This document shows positions 1-10,886 of a stretch of 64,000 bases of DNA, piece after piece; position 1 is the stretch's first letter; each line of letters opens with the position of its first letter. The translations under genes and the position numbers were made by a program. Under the pieces are notes generated by a model. That model ran no database searches. It was not told the DNA's origin and saw only the letters and a list, made by a program, of their open reading frames with translations. The stretch is from Candidatus Parcubacteria bacterium (GTDB lineage Bacteria; Patescibacteriota; Minisyncoccia; Phycocordibacterales; JAKAEA01). Location of the stretch: the NCBI GenBank assembly GCA_963806325.1, contig CAWDXL010000002.1, positions 128,802-192,801 on the forward strand, read 5' to 3'.

Positions 1-1067
1 TCTGGTCCGCATCATTTGCCGCTGCGGCAGTGTTTGGTCCGCTTATCGGTGGTCCGCTTATCGACAATTTTGGCTGGCGTTCGGTATTTATTGTCAATCT
101 TCCGATTGGCATTGTCGGTCTTGTCATGGCTTTGGCGTTTGTCGAGGAATCAATGTCAACAATCAAGACAGTAAAATTCGACTGGTGGGGAGCCATCACG
201 CTCGGCGGTGCTCTCTCGTCTCTTGTCCTTGTACTTGATCAGGGAGAAACATGGGGCTGGCTTTCGCAAAATAGCAATCTGTGCTATCTCGCTCTTGTTA
301 TTTTCAGCATCATTTTTTACTTCGTCGAATACAATCATGATGAACCGATCATCGATTTTAAATTTTTCAAGAATGCGGTTTTCAATTATACGCTTCTCAA
401 CAACTTCATAAGCTTCATGGGGCTCATGGGTAGCATTTTTCTCGTACCGATTTTTGCCGAAACATTTTTAGGCTACGACGCCACGCAGACAGGATACCTT
501 TTCATACCAATGGCTTTTGCGCTTATGCTTGGTGCGCCGATTGGCGGCAGGCTTATTGGCAAGGTACGATCGAGCTACGTTATTGCTGCAAGTACGCTCG
601 TCGCCGGCCTCGGCCTCTATTTCTTCTCATGGCTTGATCCGCGTTCGGATGTGTGGGCGATTATTATGCCTCTTTCAATCATGGCATTCGGCCTCGGTTT
701 CGGCATGGCTCAGCGCACAGCCGCTATTGCGTCTGCCGTGCCGACCGAGGAAATCGGCATAGCTTCGTCGATCTTAGCTCTTGTCCGCAACATTGCCGGC
801 GCCTTTGGTATTTCTGTCTTTAGTACTATTTTAAATAATATTACCAACAGCAATGTGCTTGAAATTGCGCGCAGTGCCGTCATTAATGTTCAAAGTCAGC
901 TCAATTATGAAACTGCTGTTCAGCTCATTATTCTCAAGGCACAGGTCTCGGCGTATGCGACTGTCTACCTTATTTCCGCAGGAGTGATGTTTCTAGGTGC
1001 AGCCACTGCGCTTCTCATTAGAACAGACGATACCAAATTACAGGGTGTTGAAATTATGGTGGAGTAG
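1..1067 (+). CDS. MFS drug-efflux transporter, DHA2 (EmrB/QacA) family; 5' truncated by the window
   Basis: GPLIGG..FGWRSVFIVNLPIG and DWWG motifs, multiple TM segments. Confidence 0.9.
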   Translation, partial: WSASFAAAAVFGPLIGGPLIDNFGWRSVFIVNLPIGIVGLVMALAFVEESMSTIKTVKFDWWGAITLGGALSSLVLVLDQGETWGWLSQNSNLCYLALVIFSIIFYFVEYNHDEPIIDFKFFKNAVFNYTLLNNFISFMGLMGSIFLVPIFAETFLGYDATQTGYLFIPMAFALMLGAPIGGRLIGKVRSSYVIAASTLVAGLGLYFFSWLDPRSDVWAIIMPLSIMAFGLGFGMAQRTAAIASAVPTEEIGIASSILALVRNIAGAFGISVFSTILNNITNSNVLEIARSAVINVQSQLNYETAVQLIILKAQVSAYATVYLISAGVMFLGAATALLIRTDDTKLQGVEIMVE

Positions 1068-1072
1068 GGAAT

Positions 1073-1809
1073 CTACGCGTGCATATACGTCTCCGCTGCG
1101 CCGGATTCGATTGCTTCGGCAATTTTGTTGGCGACATATTCAGCAGTGTCGGGTACGGGCATGTTGGCGCGGTTTTTGTGAAAAAGATAGATTCGGCGTT
1201 TTTTGATTTTATAGAGTTTTTGCCGAATTCTGTTGCAGTCGAGTCCCGGTGCACCACGCTTACGATGATATTATCTTTTTCCAATTCTTGTCGAGCGGTA
1301 AGCGAGAGAGCATTGAGTGCGTATTTTGTAGAGGCGTAGGCGCCAAGATTTGGATAATAATTTTTTGAAACGATCGAGCTGATATTCACAATCACTCCGC
1401 CGCCCTGAACTCGCATGAGAGGAATTACTTCCTGCATGGCAATCATCGGCCCCATGATATTAAGATCGATAATTTTCTGATACTCTTTTGGATCAACCAG
1501 TTCAACCGGGCTATAAAGGCCCTGCCCGGCGTTGTTGATAAGCACGTCAATTCTGCCAAATTTTTTATGTGTTTTAGCAATAAGGCTTTTAATAGATTTT
1601 GGACTTATCATGTCCGTCGGCACCACAAGGGAAGATACTCCAAGCTTTGACGGTGAAGCCTCGAGTTCTTTTTGGAGATCATCAAGCTTATCTTTTGAAC
1701 GGGCAGCGAGCACTACGGTCGCCCCTTTTTCATAGAGAGCTCTTGCTGCGGCAGCGCCGATTCCCATTGATGCGCCGGTGATGATAATGACGCTATTTTT
1801 TATATTCAT
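1073..1809 (-). CDS. Short-chain dehydrogenase/reductase (frameshift near the C-terminus)
   Basis: TGASMGIG, NNAG and YASTK motifs; a natural C-terminus (..PDTAEYVANKIAEAIES..HA*) lies in another frame ending at 1073. Confidence 0.85.
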
Positions 1810-1901
1810 ACAATGTAAGACGAAATGGCTAATAATTCTTGCACGTAGTATTATTATACTACAAAAATAGCTCTGCGGTTTATTGGACAGTATCAATCAA
1901 C

Positions 1902-3011
1902 ATGAAAAAGCACTTTGAAAAAATTGCATCATTCTATCAGCGGTATGAGCGGCACATTTCCTCACTTGCGCTTGTCGGCGGATTCGTTTTTGATGCGATC
2001 ACGCTGAAGCGTGTTGATCTTTTTCTTGAAAATTTTTGGGTAGTTATGCATCTTGTGGTAGCGGCAGTTGGCATCATTGCATTAAATTTTATTGAACAGG
2101 AAAAGTCTGCCACCGGCACGAAAGAAAAAAACGAGGTGATGACTCTTCATTTCTGGCTTATTTTTATCGTGCAATTTGCATTTGGAGGGCTTCTGAGTAC
2201 ATTTTTAGTTTTTTATTTCAGAAGCGCGACATCGAGCACCGCGTGGCCGTTTCTTCTGCTGCTCGCTATTATTTTTATTGCCAACGAGGTTTTTAAAAAG
2301 CACTACTCCCGTTTATATTTTCAGATAGGCATGCTCTTTGTCTCCATTTTTTCATTTATGATTTATATCGTACCTGTCATCACGCACACCATTAGTACGA
2401 ATATGTTTATTCTAAGTGGTGCACTGAGCGTGCTTATTCTATGGCTCTACCTTATTTGTCTGCGGTTTATAACGCGGGAAAAGCTTAGACAAGAGCGCTG
2501 GATTCTTATTTCAGGCATTATTGCGATCTATGCTGCTATCAACATTCTTTACTTTACGCATACTATTCCACCATTGCCGCTTTCTCTCAAAGATGCGGGC
2601 GTATACCACTCCATTACTAAGGATGCTGATGGAAATTATGAAGCGGTTTCCGAATCAAAAAATTGGTCAGATTATTTCAGCTTCAATGATCCTGTATACA
2701 ATGAAGTAGTGGGGCAGCCGGTGTATGCGTATAGTGCAGTATTTTTGCCGACTGAATTTAATCTGAATATTGTTCACGTTTGGCAATATTATGACGGTAC
2801 GAAAAAGCGGTGGATCACAGAAAATAAAATCGTACTGCCGGTATCCGGCGGCCGCGATGGGGGATATCGAACCTATACTGAAAAAACTAATCTTGTCTCA
2901 GGTCTATGGAGGGTCAGCGTTGAAACAATGTCGGGACAGTATATCGGCAGGATTCAATTCAATGTACAAATATCAACAGATACGCCAGCACTTTCCACAG
3001 TACAGCTTTAA
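1902..3011 (+). CDS. DUF2914-like membrane protein
   Basis: N-terminal TM helices and C-terminal GGRDGGYRTY..GLWRVSVET motif. Confidence 0.75.
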   Translation: MKKHFEKIASFYQRYERHISSLALVGGFVFDAITLKRVDLFLENFWVVMHLVVAAVGIIALNFIEQEKSATGTKEKNEVMTLHFWLIFIVQFAFGGLLSTFLVFYFRSATSSTAWPFLLLLAIIFIANEVFKKHYSRLYFQIGMLFVSIFSFMIYIVPVITHTISTNMFILSGALSVLILWLYLICLRFITREKLRQERWILISGIIAIYAAINILYFTHTIPPLPLSLKDAGVYHSITKDADGNYEAVSESKNWSDYFSFNDPVYNEVVGQPVYAYSAVFLPTEFNLNIVHVWQYYDGTKKRWITENKIVLPVSGGRDGGYRTYTEKTNLVSGLWRVSVETMSGQYIGRIQFNVQISTDTPALSTVQL

Positions 3012-3072
3012 TGTAAAAGCACCCCGACACAAAATCGGGGTGCAAAAGGTCTAGCGAGAAAACTGGGTAGTG

Positions 3073-3459
3073 CTAGGCATTGAGAAGCCGCTCCTTGGAT
3101 GGTCCATACATCAAGCCTCCATAGAACGCGATTCCGCCTTCTGCCACCGTTTCAACAATATATAGGGGCAAATTTTCTCGCTCGCCATGAGTAATGTTGT
3201 TGTCTGGGTCTTTAACGTACACTGTGTCCGAAAAAGCTCCGCCCGAAGCGTACCACCACTGCTCTTGATCCGGAGCATGTTGTTTCAAATACCGACGGCC
3301 AGCGGCGGTGAGATAGTGACGGTGGATGCTTTGCGCAATCTTGTGTGACGTAAACAAGCGGCATTCAATTGCCCATGCTTTGGCATCGAGTGAGCCGGGT
3401 ATGTCGTCGTTACGCAGAGGTTTCTTTTGTAATTCTGCATATCTCATTTTTCTCAACAT
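3073..3459 (-). CDS. Hypothetical protein
   Basis: 128-aa ORF filling the gap between convergent/divergent genes. Confidence 0.5.
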   Translation of the reverse strand: MLRKMRYAELQKKPLRNDDIPGSLDAKAWAIECRLFTSHKIAQSIHRHYLTAAGRRYLKQHAPDQEQWWYASGGAFSDTVYVKDPDNNITHGERENLPLYIVETVAEGGIAFYGGLMYGPSKERLLNA

Positions 3460-3695
3460 TGCAAAACGACATCCCTTGTCAGCTCAAGATCTTTTTGGTA
3501 AGAACTCATACCAATCTCCTGTAGGTGCATTTCAAGCTTGTTTGTGGATGGGGTAGTACACCACCTCTCTACAAACAAACAACTTTTAAAACTCTACCAC
3601 TTCCCAAAACATCAGTCAATGAGTCTACGAGCTTTAGCTTTTCTTCATCTCCATATGCGAGAATGATGGGTACAGTGTGTTAAAATGAGCAAATT

Positions 3696-5341
3696 ATGAC
3701 CCAGCACGAAGCTCTCGATATATTAAAACTTGGCAAAAATGTGTATCTTACCGGCTCAGCTGGAAGCGGAAAAACATATCTCCTTAATCAATATATTAAG
3801 TATCTAAAAGACAATGATGTGGATGTGGCGGTGACGGCTTCGACTGGCGTGGCAGCGACTCATATGAATGGCATGACGATTCATTCGTGGTCGGGTCTTG
3901 GTATTCGCGATGAGCTTTCTGATCAGGACATGGATGAAATGGAAGAAAAACATTATCTCTGGAATCGCTTCCAAAACGTGAAGGTACTCATTATTGATGA
4001 AGTCTCGATGCTCCATCATTTCAGGCTCGATCTCGTTGAAAGAATTGTCCGATCCTTTAAAAGAAATAATCAAGTTTTTGGCGGGTTGCAGGTAGTGCTC
4101 TGCGGAGACTTTTTTCAATTGCCGCCGGTATCGCGCATGGGCGAGCGGGAAGCGCACTTTATCTATGAATCGCAAACTTGGAAAGCGCTTGGTCTTACGG
4201 TCTGCTATCTCCACGAACAGCATAGACAGACGGACGACGCTTGTCTCGATGTGTTAAACGCAATCCGCACCAATGATATTTCGGAAGATACCTATGAGCA
4301 TTTAAAATCTCGTTTTAATAAAGTGCCTGATACAAGCATTGAACCGACTCGGCTCTACACGCATAATATCGATGTCGACAGCATCAACGAGCGGGAGCTA
4401 AAAACTATCGACGGCGGATCGACTGTGTACACAATGACGACTGAAGGCCGGCCAGCGCTCGTGGAAACACTCAAGAAAAGCTGTCTTGCTCCGGAAAAAC
4501 TTAATTTGAAAAAAGGAGCGCGGGTGATGTTTGTAAAAAATAATTTTGAGATGGGTTATGTCAATGGCACGCTCGGAAAAATCGTCGGGCTTGCTCCAGC
4601 CGGACCGATTGTCGAGACGATAAAAGGCGTGCGCATCACGGCTATTCCCGCCGATTGGACTATCGAAGAAGACGGCAAGGTAAAGGCTCAGATCAGCCAA
4701 GTTCCGCTCCGTTTGGCGTGGGCTATTACCGTGCACAAAAGCCAGGGCATGAGTCTTGATGCTGTCGAAGTTGATCTTTCAAAATCATTTGAGCCGGGCA
4801 TGGGGTATGTGGCATTATCACGCGTACGCACGCTTGCAGGCCTCAATCTTCTCGGTATCAATGATATGGCGCTTCGGGTGCATGGAGAGGTGCTTGAATT
4901 CGATAAACATTTGCAGGAGCTTTCCGAGACGGCTGCAGATAAACTTAAAGATATGAGTCCGGCGAGAAAGGCGGCACAGCAAAAAGAATTTTTAGATTCG
5001 ATCAAGTCTGAATTTGAAGAGAAAAAAATTCCTACGCACGAAAAAACACTTCTGCTCATACAGGAAAAAATGTCGCTGAAGGATATGGCAAAAAACAGGG
5101 AAGTGGGCGTCGGTACTATTATTGATCATCTCGAAAGACTTGCAGCTGAAGGGAAAATAAATCCGGATCAGGATCTTGCCTACATCAAAAAAACCATTAA
5201 GCGTCTTGCTGCAATGCAAAAGGCTTTTGGTGCAGTGTATAAAGAGACGGGGAATTGAAACTTGCGCCAGCGCGTGATATGCTCGGCGCCACCTTCAATT
5301 TTGAAGAGCTTCGTATGGCGAGATTGTTTGTAAATAAATAG
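3696..5341 (+). CDS. Pif1-family SF1B helicase with C-terminal HTH (frameshift near 5250)
   Basis: GSAGSGKT, DEVSM, GDFFQLPP, LAWAITVHKSQG and YVALSR motifs; C-terminus continues in a shifted frame to TAG at 5341. Confidence 0.9.
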
Positions 5342-5411
5342 CATAAAACCTCTCAGATGTTATGAGAGATTTTATGGCTTTGTGTCCAATAATTCTTGAG
5401 CGGTGACTAAA

Positions 5412-7853
5412 CTAGTTTAAAATATGTGATCGAGAAATCGGTCCAAAATATCCTGAAGCCGGTTTTATACCTGCTGCAACCTGGAATTTTATGACAGCGG
5501 CCCTGGTCGCCTGTCCGAAGTATTCAGTTTCGTTGCCCGGCGATCCTCGTCCGGCAGACGCTACGTTAAAACCGTGCAGGTTTAGATATTGTTGAAGAAG
5601 TTTGACGTCCCGGCCAAACATTCCAGTCATAAGATTGCGACTAAAAATCCACACAGGAATTGATGAAGATTCTACTTCGGGTGTAGAGGTGGATATGTGA
5701 GGGCATGGTGCATCTGTAGCGATGTTGTATATGTCTCCTGGTTGGCATACGGGGCCGGTCGCTATACCTAATACTTTTCCTAGTGGAATTGGTGGCGCAT
5801 AATAACCTCCTCCACTGCTTGGAATACCGATCCCTGTGTTTCCACTGTTCACCACAGGCACAGTTGATCCTGAGGCTGCTATGTTTATTGTATAAGGTTG
5901 GGTCGTTGAAGATGTTCCGTTTGTGGTAAGTACATTAAATGTAGAGGTGCCATCTGCGGTGGGCGTGCCTGAGATTAATGCAGAAGAAGAGTTGAGTATC
6001 AGGCCTGCTGGCAGAGTTCCTGACGAGACAGACCATGTGAATGATCCCGTAGCTGTTGTAGAAGCTGTCAATGTTTGGTTGTATGCGGTCCCAACTGTTC
6101 CGCTTGGTAGTGTTGTTGGGACAATAGTTACAGCAGGAACGGGAATTGGCGATACAGGGGGCGTGATTGGCGAAATATTGTGGAGTATATTAGTACCCTG
6201 ATCCATCGTTACAATGCTGACAGAATTGTTCTGTTCTTTTGTTTGAAGATATGAAACAATTTCTTGAAGCATTTGCGGCGTAACACCGTACACTTCTCCA
6301 TTTTGAGCAATAATGTTTGCCGGATCAACATCATGGAATGTAATGACGAGCCACCACTTGTTGGCAATTGCCGTATCGATCCATGATTGTATTGTGCTAA
6401 ATGTTGTTGAAGCGACAGCGCTCTCGCTCTTGAGCAACAGTGGATCGGTGGTAGCGGTATTAAAGCCGACATCAACGGTGCGAGCATTGGTATATCCCGC
6501 AGCACTCACCATCTGCTTAATATTGGAATTATAATCTCCAAACGGATAGGCGATGCCATCCACGGGTGACATGCCAAACGATTCAAGAACAGATCGGGAA
6601 CCGCTTATTTCCTGGGAAGCTGTCGAATCAGAAATTGTTGTAAGATCAAGATCGGGATGCGTTTCAGTGTGTGAATCGATTTCGTTGCCTTCTGCCTGAA
6701 GTGTTTGAAGCTGGGACTCCGTCATGTAATCTTGATATTCTATGAGTGATGGATTGGATACGGTAATCACTCCATTCTGATCTGGGCTTTGAGAAATACT
6801 AATCGGCGTAACGGTATTTCCGGAAATGGTTGGGAGTGTGAAAGAAAAGTTTGCATCCATATTATTTCCGGCGGGAAGCGAGCCGAGCGTCATAGATACC
6901 ACGTCTCCAGCCGGACAATTTCCGGTTTGTGAAATTGAGCAATAATCAAGGCGTAGCGTGCTCGTGGTTGTAGATGTGTAGGTATCGGTAAATGTGTATT
7001 CCTGATATGTTGGATCGGTAAAAATTGCACCGTATGTTTCTACATTTGTAATATTCCCCCAGTGTATAGTAGATGACGCTGTAATAGTACCGGTGGCAAT
7101 TCCAGTGTTTTCAAGAAGGTTGCCGGAAGATGCATCTGTTGCGCTGAGTATGGGATCGGTGATGATATAGTATGTTGCTGGCATATGGGCAGCATTCAAG
7201 ATTGGCCGGGCATTATTGTACTGGGATGTCCACCCATCATCAAACGTAAGTGATACCATTGCCTTTGAAAAAGCCCCTTGGTTTGATGGTGTGTAATTAG
7301 TCAGAGCATAATCTGCTGTGGTCAGGCTGCCATTGGTATTTTGAATGAGATGGAGAACGGTGACAGATACAGCATTGGATGGAGCTGGGAATACTTCCTG
7401 CGGAGTATGGGCCCACGTCCCATTGGTTGAAGGCAGCGTGGCGATTGCATCATACGAAAGCGAACCGTCATTCATTGTCCACTGAGCAATGAGGTAACTT
7501 TCTATGGTTGAATTATATGAATCCGAAAATGAATAAAGATTGTTGCCTGTCACCGCGACGTTCTTAAAATACCATTCTGCCGCTCCGCTTACATAATTGG
7601 ACAAGGTGACTTCTGCACCAACATCTCCGGAGGTCGGTCCTGGTACGGGATAATTATAGGTGGCGGTAGTTGTTCCGTAGCCACCCTGAAACCAGTTGTC
7701 CGGTGTTGTGCTTGCAACAGTTGTGCTTTGCATGTCGGCATTCAATATGAGGTTTCCAGATGCACTGAGTGTGGTTCCATGCGCAAAAAACGGCGCGATA
7801 AAAAATAATATTCCAATAACAGCGGTCGCTCCATTTTTTTGTAATTTTGACAT
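5412..7853 (-). CDS. Secreted multidomain polysaccharide deacetylase (CE4) with CBM-like, putative Ig and peptidoglycan-binding domains
   Basis: Signal peptide; TFDDG, HTETHPDL, AYPFG and ITFHD motifs; LPAGL..GTPT Ig repeat; C-terminal DVKLLQ..GYFGP. Confidence 0.8.
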   Translation of the reverse strand: MSKLQKNGATAVIGILFFIAPFFAHGTTLSASGNLILNADMQSTTVASTTPDNWFQGGYGTTTATYNYPVPGPTSGDVGAEVTLSNYVSGAAEWYFKNVAVTGNNLYSFSDSYNSTIESYLIAQWTMNDGSLSYDAIATLPSTNGTWAHTPQEVFPAPSNAVSVTVLHLIQNTNGSLTTADYALTNYTPSNQGAFSKAMVSLTFDDGWTSQYNNARPILNAAHMPATYYIITDPILSATDASSGNLLENTGIATGTITASSTIHWGNITNVETYGAIFTDPTYQEYTFTDTYTSTTTSTLRLDYCSISQTGNCPAGDVVSMTLGSLPAGNNMDANFSFTLPTISGNTVTPISISQSPDQNGVITVSNPSLIEYQDYMTESQLQTLQAEGNEIDSHTETHPDLDLTTISDSTASQEISGSRSVLESFGMSPVDGIAYPFGDYNSNIKQMVSAAGYTNARTVDVGFNTATTDPLLLKSESAVASTTFSTIQSWIDTAIANKWWLVITFHDVDPANIIAQNGEVYGVTPQMLQEIVSYLQTKEQNNSVSIVTMDQGTNILHNISPITPPVSPIPVPAVTIVPTTLPSGTVGTAYNQTLTASTTATGSFTWSVSSGTLPAGLILNSSSALISGTPTADGTSTFNVLTTNGTSSTTQPYTINIAASGSTVPVVNSGNTGIGIPSSGGGYYAPPIPLGKVLGIATGPVCQPGDIYNIATDAPCPHISTSTPEVESSSIPVWIFSRNLMTGMFGRDVKLLQQYLNLHGFNVASAGRGSPGNETEYFGQATRAAVIKFQVAAGIKPASGYFGPISRSHILN

Positions 7854-7923
7854 GGTATTTGATGGTAATTAATATGTATATAAAATTTCAATGCATGGTA
7901 AATTTTCATTACATTCAATCTCC

Positions 7924-8502
7924 TCATGTTTCGCATAAGGTTGGATGTAAAGGATCCAGTCTATGTGAGCTTGCAAAAAAATCATTGAGTAACGCCATAT
8001 TTTGCCCGTATGCACCAGTATAATTTTTGATGCCAAAATTGTTTGCGAACTGTTGGCGGGAAGAGAATGAATAATCGGTATTGATTGATATTAAATAATT
8101 TATTATCGAATAATTGTATACAGTCGCCCACTTATCAAATGTGATTAATCCGCAATTTGTATTATTGATGATACTGGGGCTGTTTTGAGCTCTGGCGAGG
8201 GGTATTATTTGATTCGGCTGAAAAATGTTGCCAGCAATATTTTTCTCGATTACGGCTCCATATGTATTGATAAATCGAAATGATGAATGGCTATCGAGGA
8301 CGCTTCTATCTACCAGAATAAATGCATTTGTCATGACCATAAGAAACACAATTCCAATTATTGGGTAGCTAAAAATGCTTGCACGCGGAATGCTACTTTG
8401 TGTTTGTGGTTTTCTGAACGGCAGCCAGCTTGAAACTTTGTGTCCTGCAATAACGCAAAGGTGAACAATAACGGAGAGTCCTATAAATGGGGTGAGTGGC
8501 AT
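7924..8502 (-). CDS. Membrane-anchored hypothetical protein with DUF3597-like C-terminus
   Basis: TM segment; SFSSRQQFA..GIKNYTG..QN..LL motif. Confidence 0.5.
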   Translation of the reverse strand: MPLTPFIGLSVIVHLCVIAGHKVSSWLPFRKPQTQSSIPRASIFSYPIIGIVFLMVMTNAFILVDRSVLDSHSSFRFINTYGAVIEKNIAGNIFQPNQIIPLARAQNSPSIINNTNCGLITFDKWATVYNYSIINYLISINTDYSFSSRQQFANNFGIKNYTGAYGQNMALLNDFFASSHRLDPLHPTLCET

Positions 8503-8508
8503 ATATTT

Positions 8509-9537
8509 TTATGATGGTTCAATTATGACTCTGTCCGGACTAAACCAGATAAGATTTTTCCGCCGCAGCACAACCTCCTTGATAAACTGTTCCAGGTATA
8601 CGTATGCATTTATAAACATGAGTATCGTGTAAGGGAATGGCGCGAGAATAAGAAATGGCCGTTTTTCTTTCCATGCAGCCCACATGGCAAATATCATTGC
8701 TACTACAAAGTAGCCGATAAACAACCACATGCCAAACCATAGATTTATAAGAGGCAGGATAAAAATAAGCACTGAAAAAACGAGTCCTTCTGCGTAGATA
8801 AGCGATAATTCAAAGGCCCTGATCGGACGTGTGGCGACAATGCTCCAGTGTTTGACGAGATTTTGCCACCCTCCTCCAAACCAGCGCCTCATCTGGTTTA
8901 TGTAATTCTTAATCGTTGTCGGATCTTGTGTGTATGAAATTGCTTTCTGGTTGTACACTATCCTAAATTGTTTGCGGTGAATCTTGTAGGTAAAGTCGAG
9001 ATCCTCGGTAATTGTGTCATGGTCAAAGGTGATATGCTGATTGAAAAGATCCCGTCGAAAAGCGCTTGCGGCGCCGGGCATGACAAAAATATAATGCATA
9101 TAATTCTGGGCAACTTTATGAATATTTTGTCCTATGACATAATCAAACGCCCTGCAGAGCGTTAACCAATTATAGGGAATACTTTTTACATAGCCTGCGA
9201 CTGCCACAACATCCTTATCGGCAGCAAAGCTTTTCTCAATTTCTTCAGCAAATCTAGTATCAAGAAGCGTATCGGCATCGGTAGTGATGACAATATCTCC
9301 GGAAACAAACTGCATGCCAAACTCTTGGGCACTACTCTTGTTCCCGGTATTCTTTGGCGTTCGTTTTGAAATTATTTTATCGCTGAAGGATGCCAGTATT
9401 TCAGGTGTCCGGTCTCTTGAAGAGTCATCGATAAAAATAATCTCATCAAAAGGGCGCGTTTGATTAAGACATGATTGAATTGAAGCACGAAGAGATTTTT
9501 CTTCGTTGTAGCACGGCACGAGTAAAGATAATTTCAT
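8509..9537 (-). CDS. GT2 processive glycosyltransferase (PgaC/IcaA/cellulose-synthase-like)
   Basis: PCYNEE, DD, DADT, TED and QMRRW motifs, C-terminal TMs. Confidence 0.9.
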   Translation of the reverse strand: MKLSLLVPCYNEEKSLRASIQSCLNQTRPFDEIIFIDDSSRDRTPEILASFSDKIISKRTPKNTGNKSSAQEFGMQFVSGDIVITTDADTLLDTRFAEEIEKSFAADKDVVAVAGYVKSIPYNWLTLCRAFDYVIGQNIHKVAQNYMHYIFVMPGAASAFRRDLFNQHITFDHDTITEDLDFTYKIHRKQFRIVYNQKAISYTQDPTTIKNYINQMRRWFGGGWQNLVKHWSIVATRPIRAFELSLIYAEGLVFSVLIFILPLINLWFGMWLFIGYFVVAMIFAMWAAWKEKRPFLILAPFPYTILMFINAYVYLEQFIKEVVLRRKNLIWFSPDRVIIEPS

Positions 9538-9590
9538 ATTGAAAATATATTTTCAGCGAGAAAGAATGGAATTCATAAAAAATTTAAATT

Positions 9591-9645
9591 TAGCTCTACG
9601 ACAAAGACTCCCAACTGACCCATAACTTACAGTCCTGCTACAACT
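9591..9645 (+). repeat. 55-bp direct repeat, copy 1 (covers the GH26 stop codon)
   Basis: tagctctacgacaaagactcccaactgac..., 52/55 identical to 10790-10844. Confidence 0.9.
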
Positions 9646-10697
9646 GATTTGAACGCAGCGAGCGTAGCGGGGCTCGAATTGACAACCCAATCTCCGTCAG
9701 CACCATTTTGATTGAACCAGATCCAGCCCCTCATGTTTGTGTAATTCTTAATATGGGTACCAAGCCCTTCAGTAATCCAATTTGCCTCGGCTGTTCCGGG
9801 GTATGAAGCAGTTGAAAAAATATACATCGGCTTATTAAATGATTGGACCTGATGCACCGCAGTATCAAAAACTTGTCCGAATGTCTGCCATGGGTTGGCA
9901 AAGTTGAAACCGTCAATGCCGACGTAGTCAACATAATCTGAACCGGGGTAGTAATCTGAAAACTGATTACCTGGAATGTTGGGTATCGAAACATTATTAA
10001 AATCAATGGCAAATTTAACGTTGTTGATGCCGTTAAATAAGTTGTGAATATGTATCCATGCTGCTCTAAAGCCATCAGCTGTATTGTTGTTTGTACCATA
10101 TCCCCACGCTTCTTCGTTGAGGTTCATTTCATCAAGTGGAATAAGGATAATCGGAGCATTATATGATTGTGCTGCAGCAGCAAATTGTTTCATATAATTA
10201 TCCTCACTTCCGTTGCTGATGTCATCGTAGCCAAAATTCTGGCTCCCAAAAAATGACAAGCGTTTTACCCTGTTGCCCCACGGTTGCAGATAGATTTGAA
10301 GGGAAGGAGTCATCAAAACCATCAAATGTTGCAACCAAATCCATTTTTTTACCGACCAGTGTCTCAAAGTCTGAGATGCCGTTGGGCTATCACCGACATA
10401 CGCGCCCCACTGCATGTTTGAAGTAGAGGTAGGTATGACGGCTGTGGTGGAAGGAATGTTTTTTAAAATAGTTGAAGAAGATACAATTGATGCACCGCGA
10501 GCGGTTGAAATACTGTGTGTGGAAATTATCGCAGCCGATGATGTGGCAGGGGCTGTACTTATTGTTGCTGGTGACGACGAGAGGGTAGGGGGACGTGATG
10601 TTGATGTCGGATGTTTTTTAAAATTTGAAATCACTATAAACATGACAAGAACAGCAACTACGGCCAAAAATAGCGCCAATAAAAATTTTGCACCCAT
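9627..10697 (-). CDS. Membrane-anchored GH26-like glycoside hydrolase (apparent compensating frameshifts inside)
   Basis: TM plus Ser/Thr linker; EMN, YYPGSDYVDYVGIDGFN and WIWFN motifs. Confidence 0.8.
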   Translation of the reverse strand: MGAKFLLALFLAVVAVLVMFIVISNFKKHPTSTSRPPTLSSSPATISTAPATSSAAIISTHSISTARGASIVSSSTILKNIPSTTAVIPTSTSNMQWGAYVGDSPTASQTLRHWSVKKWIWLQHLMVLMTPSLQIYLQPWGNRVKRLSFFGSQNFGYDDISNGSEDNYMKQFAAAAQSYNAPIILIPLDEMNLNEEAWGYGTNNNTADGFRAAWIHIHNLFNGINNVKFAIDFNNVSIPNIPGNQFSDYYPGSDYVDYVGIDGFNFANPWQTFGQVFDTAVHQVQSFNKPMYIFSTASYPGTAEANWITEGLGTHIKNYTNMRGWIWFNQNGADGDWVVNSSPATLAAFKSVVAGL

Positions 10698-10789
10698 CCA
10701 ATTTTATTTTTTCATGTGTATTTTGAACCACTCTATCTTGATAGGTTACAACCAAAAAGAGCAGGTGATGGGATATTCATTTGCTCCTC

Positions 10790-10844
10790 TAGCTCTACGA
10801 CAAAGACTCCCAACTGACTTATAACTTACAGCCCTGCTACAACT
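10790..10844 (+). repeat. 55-bp direct repeat, copy 2 (intergenic)
   Basis: Near-identical to 9591-9645. Confidence 0.9.
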
Positions 10845-10886
10845 TTATTGGACATTTGTACAGTAAAAGTGATATAAATTATCGTC

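Noticed and set aside
3537-3583. Long imperfect hairpin upstream of the 3073-3459 ORF
   Set aside because: Single copy with no recognisable riboswitch motif; no functional call is supportable
9591-10844. The direct repeat as a DGR TR/VR pair
   Set aside because: It is short, the mismatches are not unidirectional from adenine in one copy, and there is no reverse transcriptase
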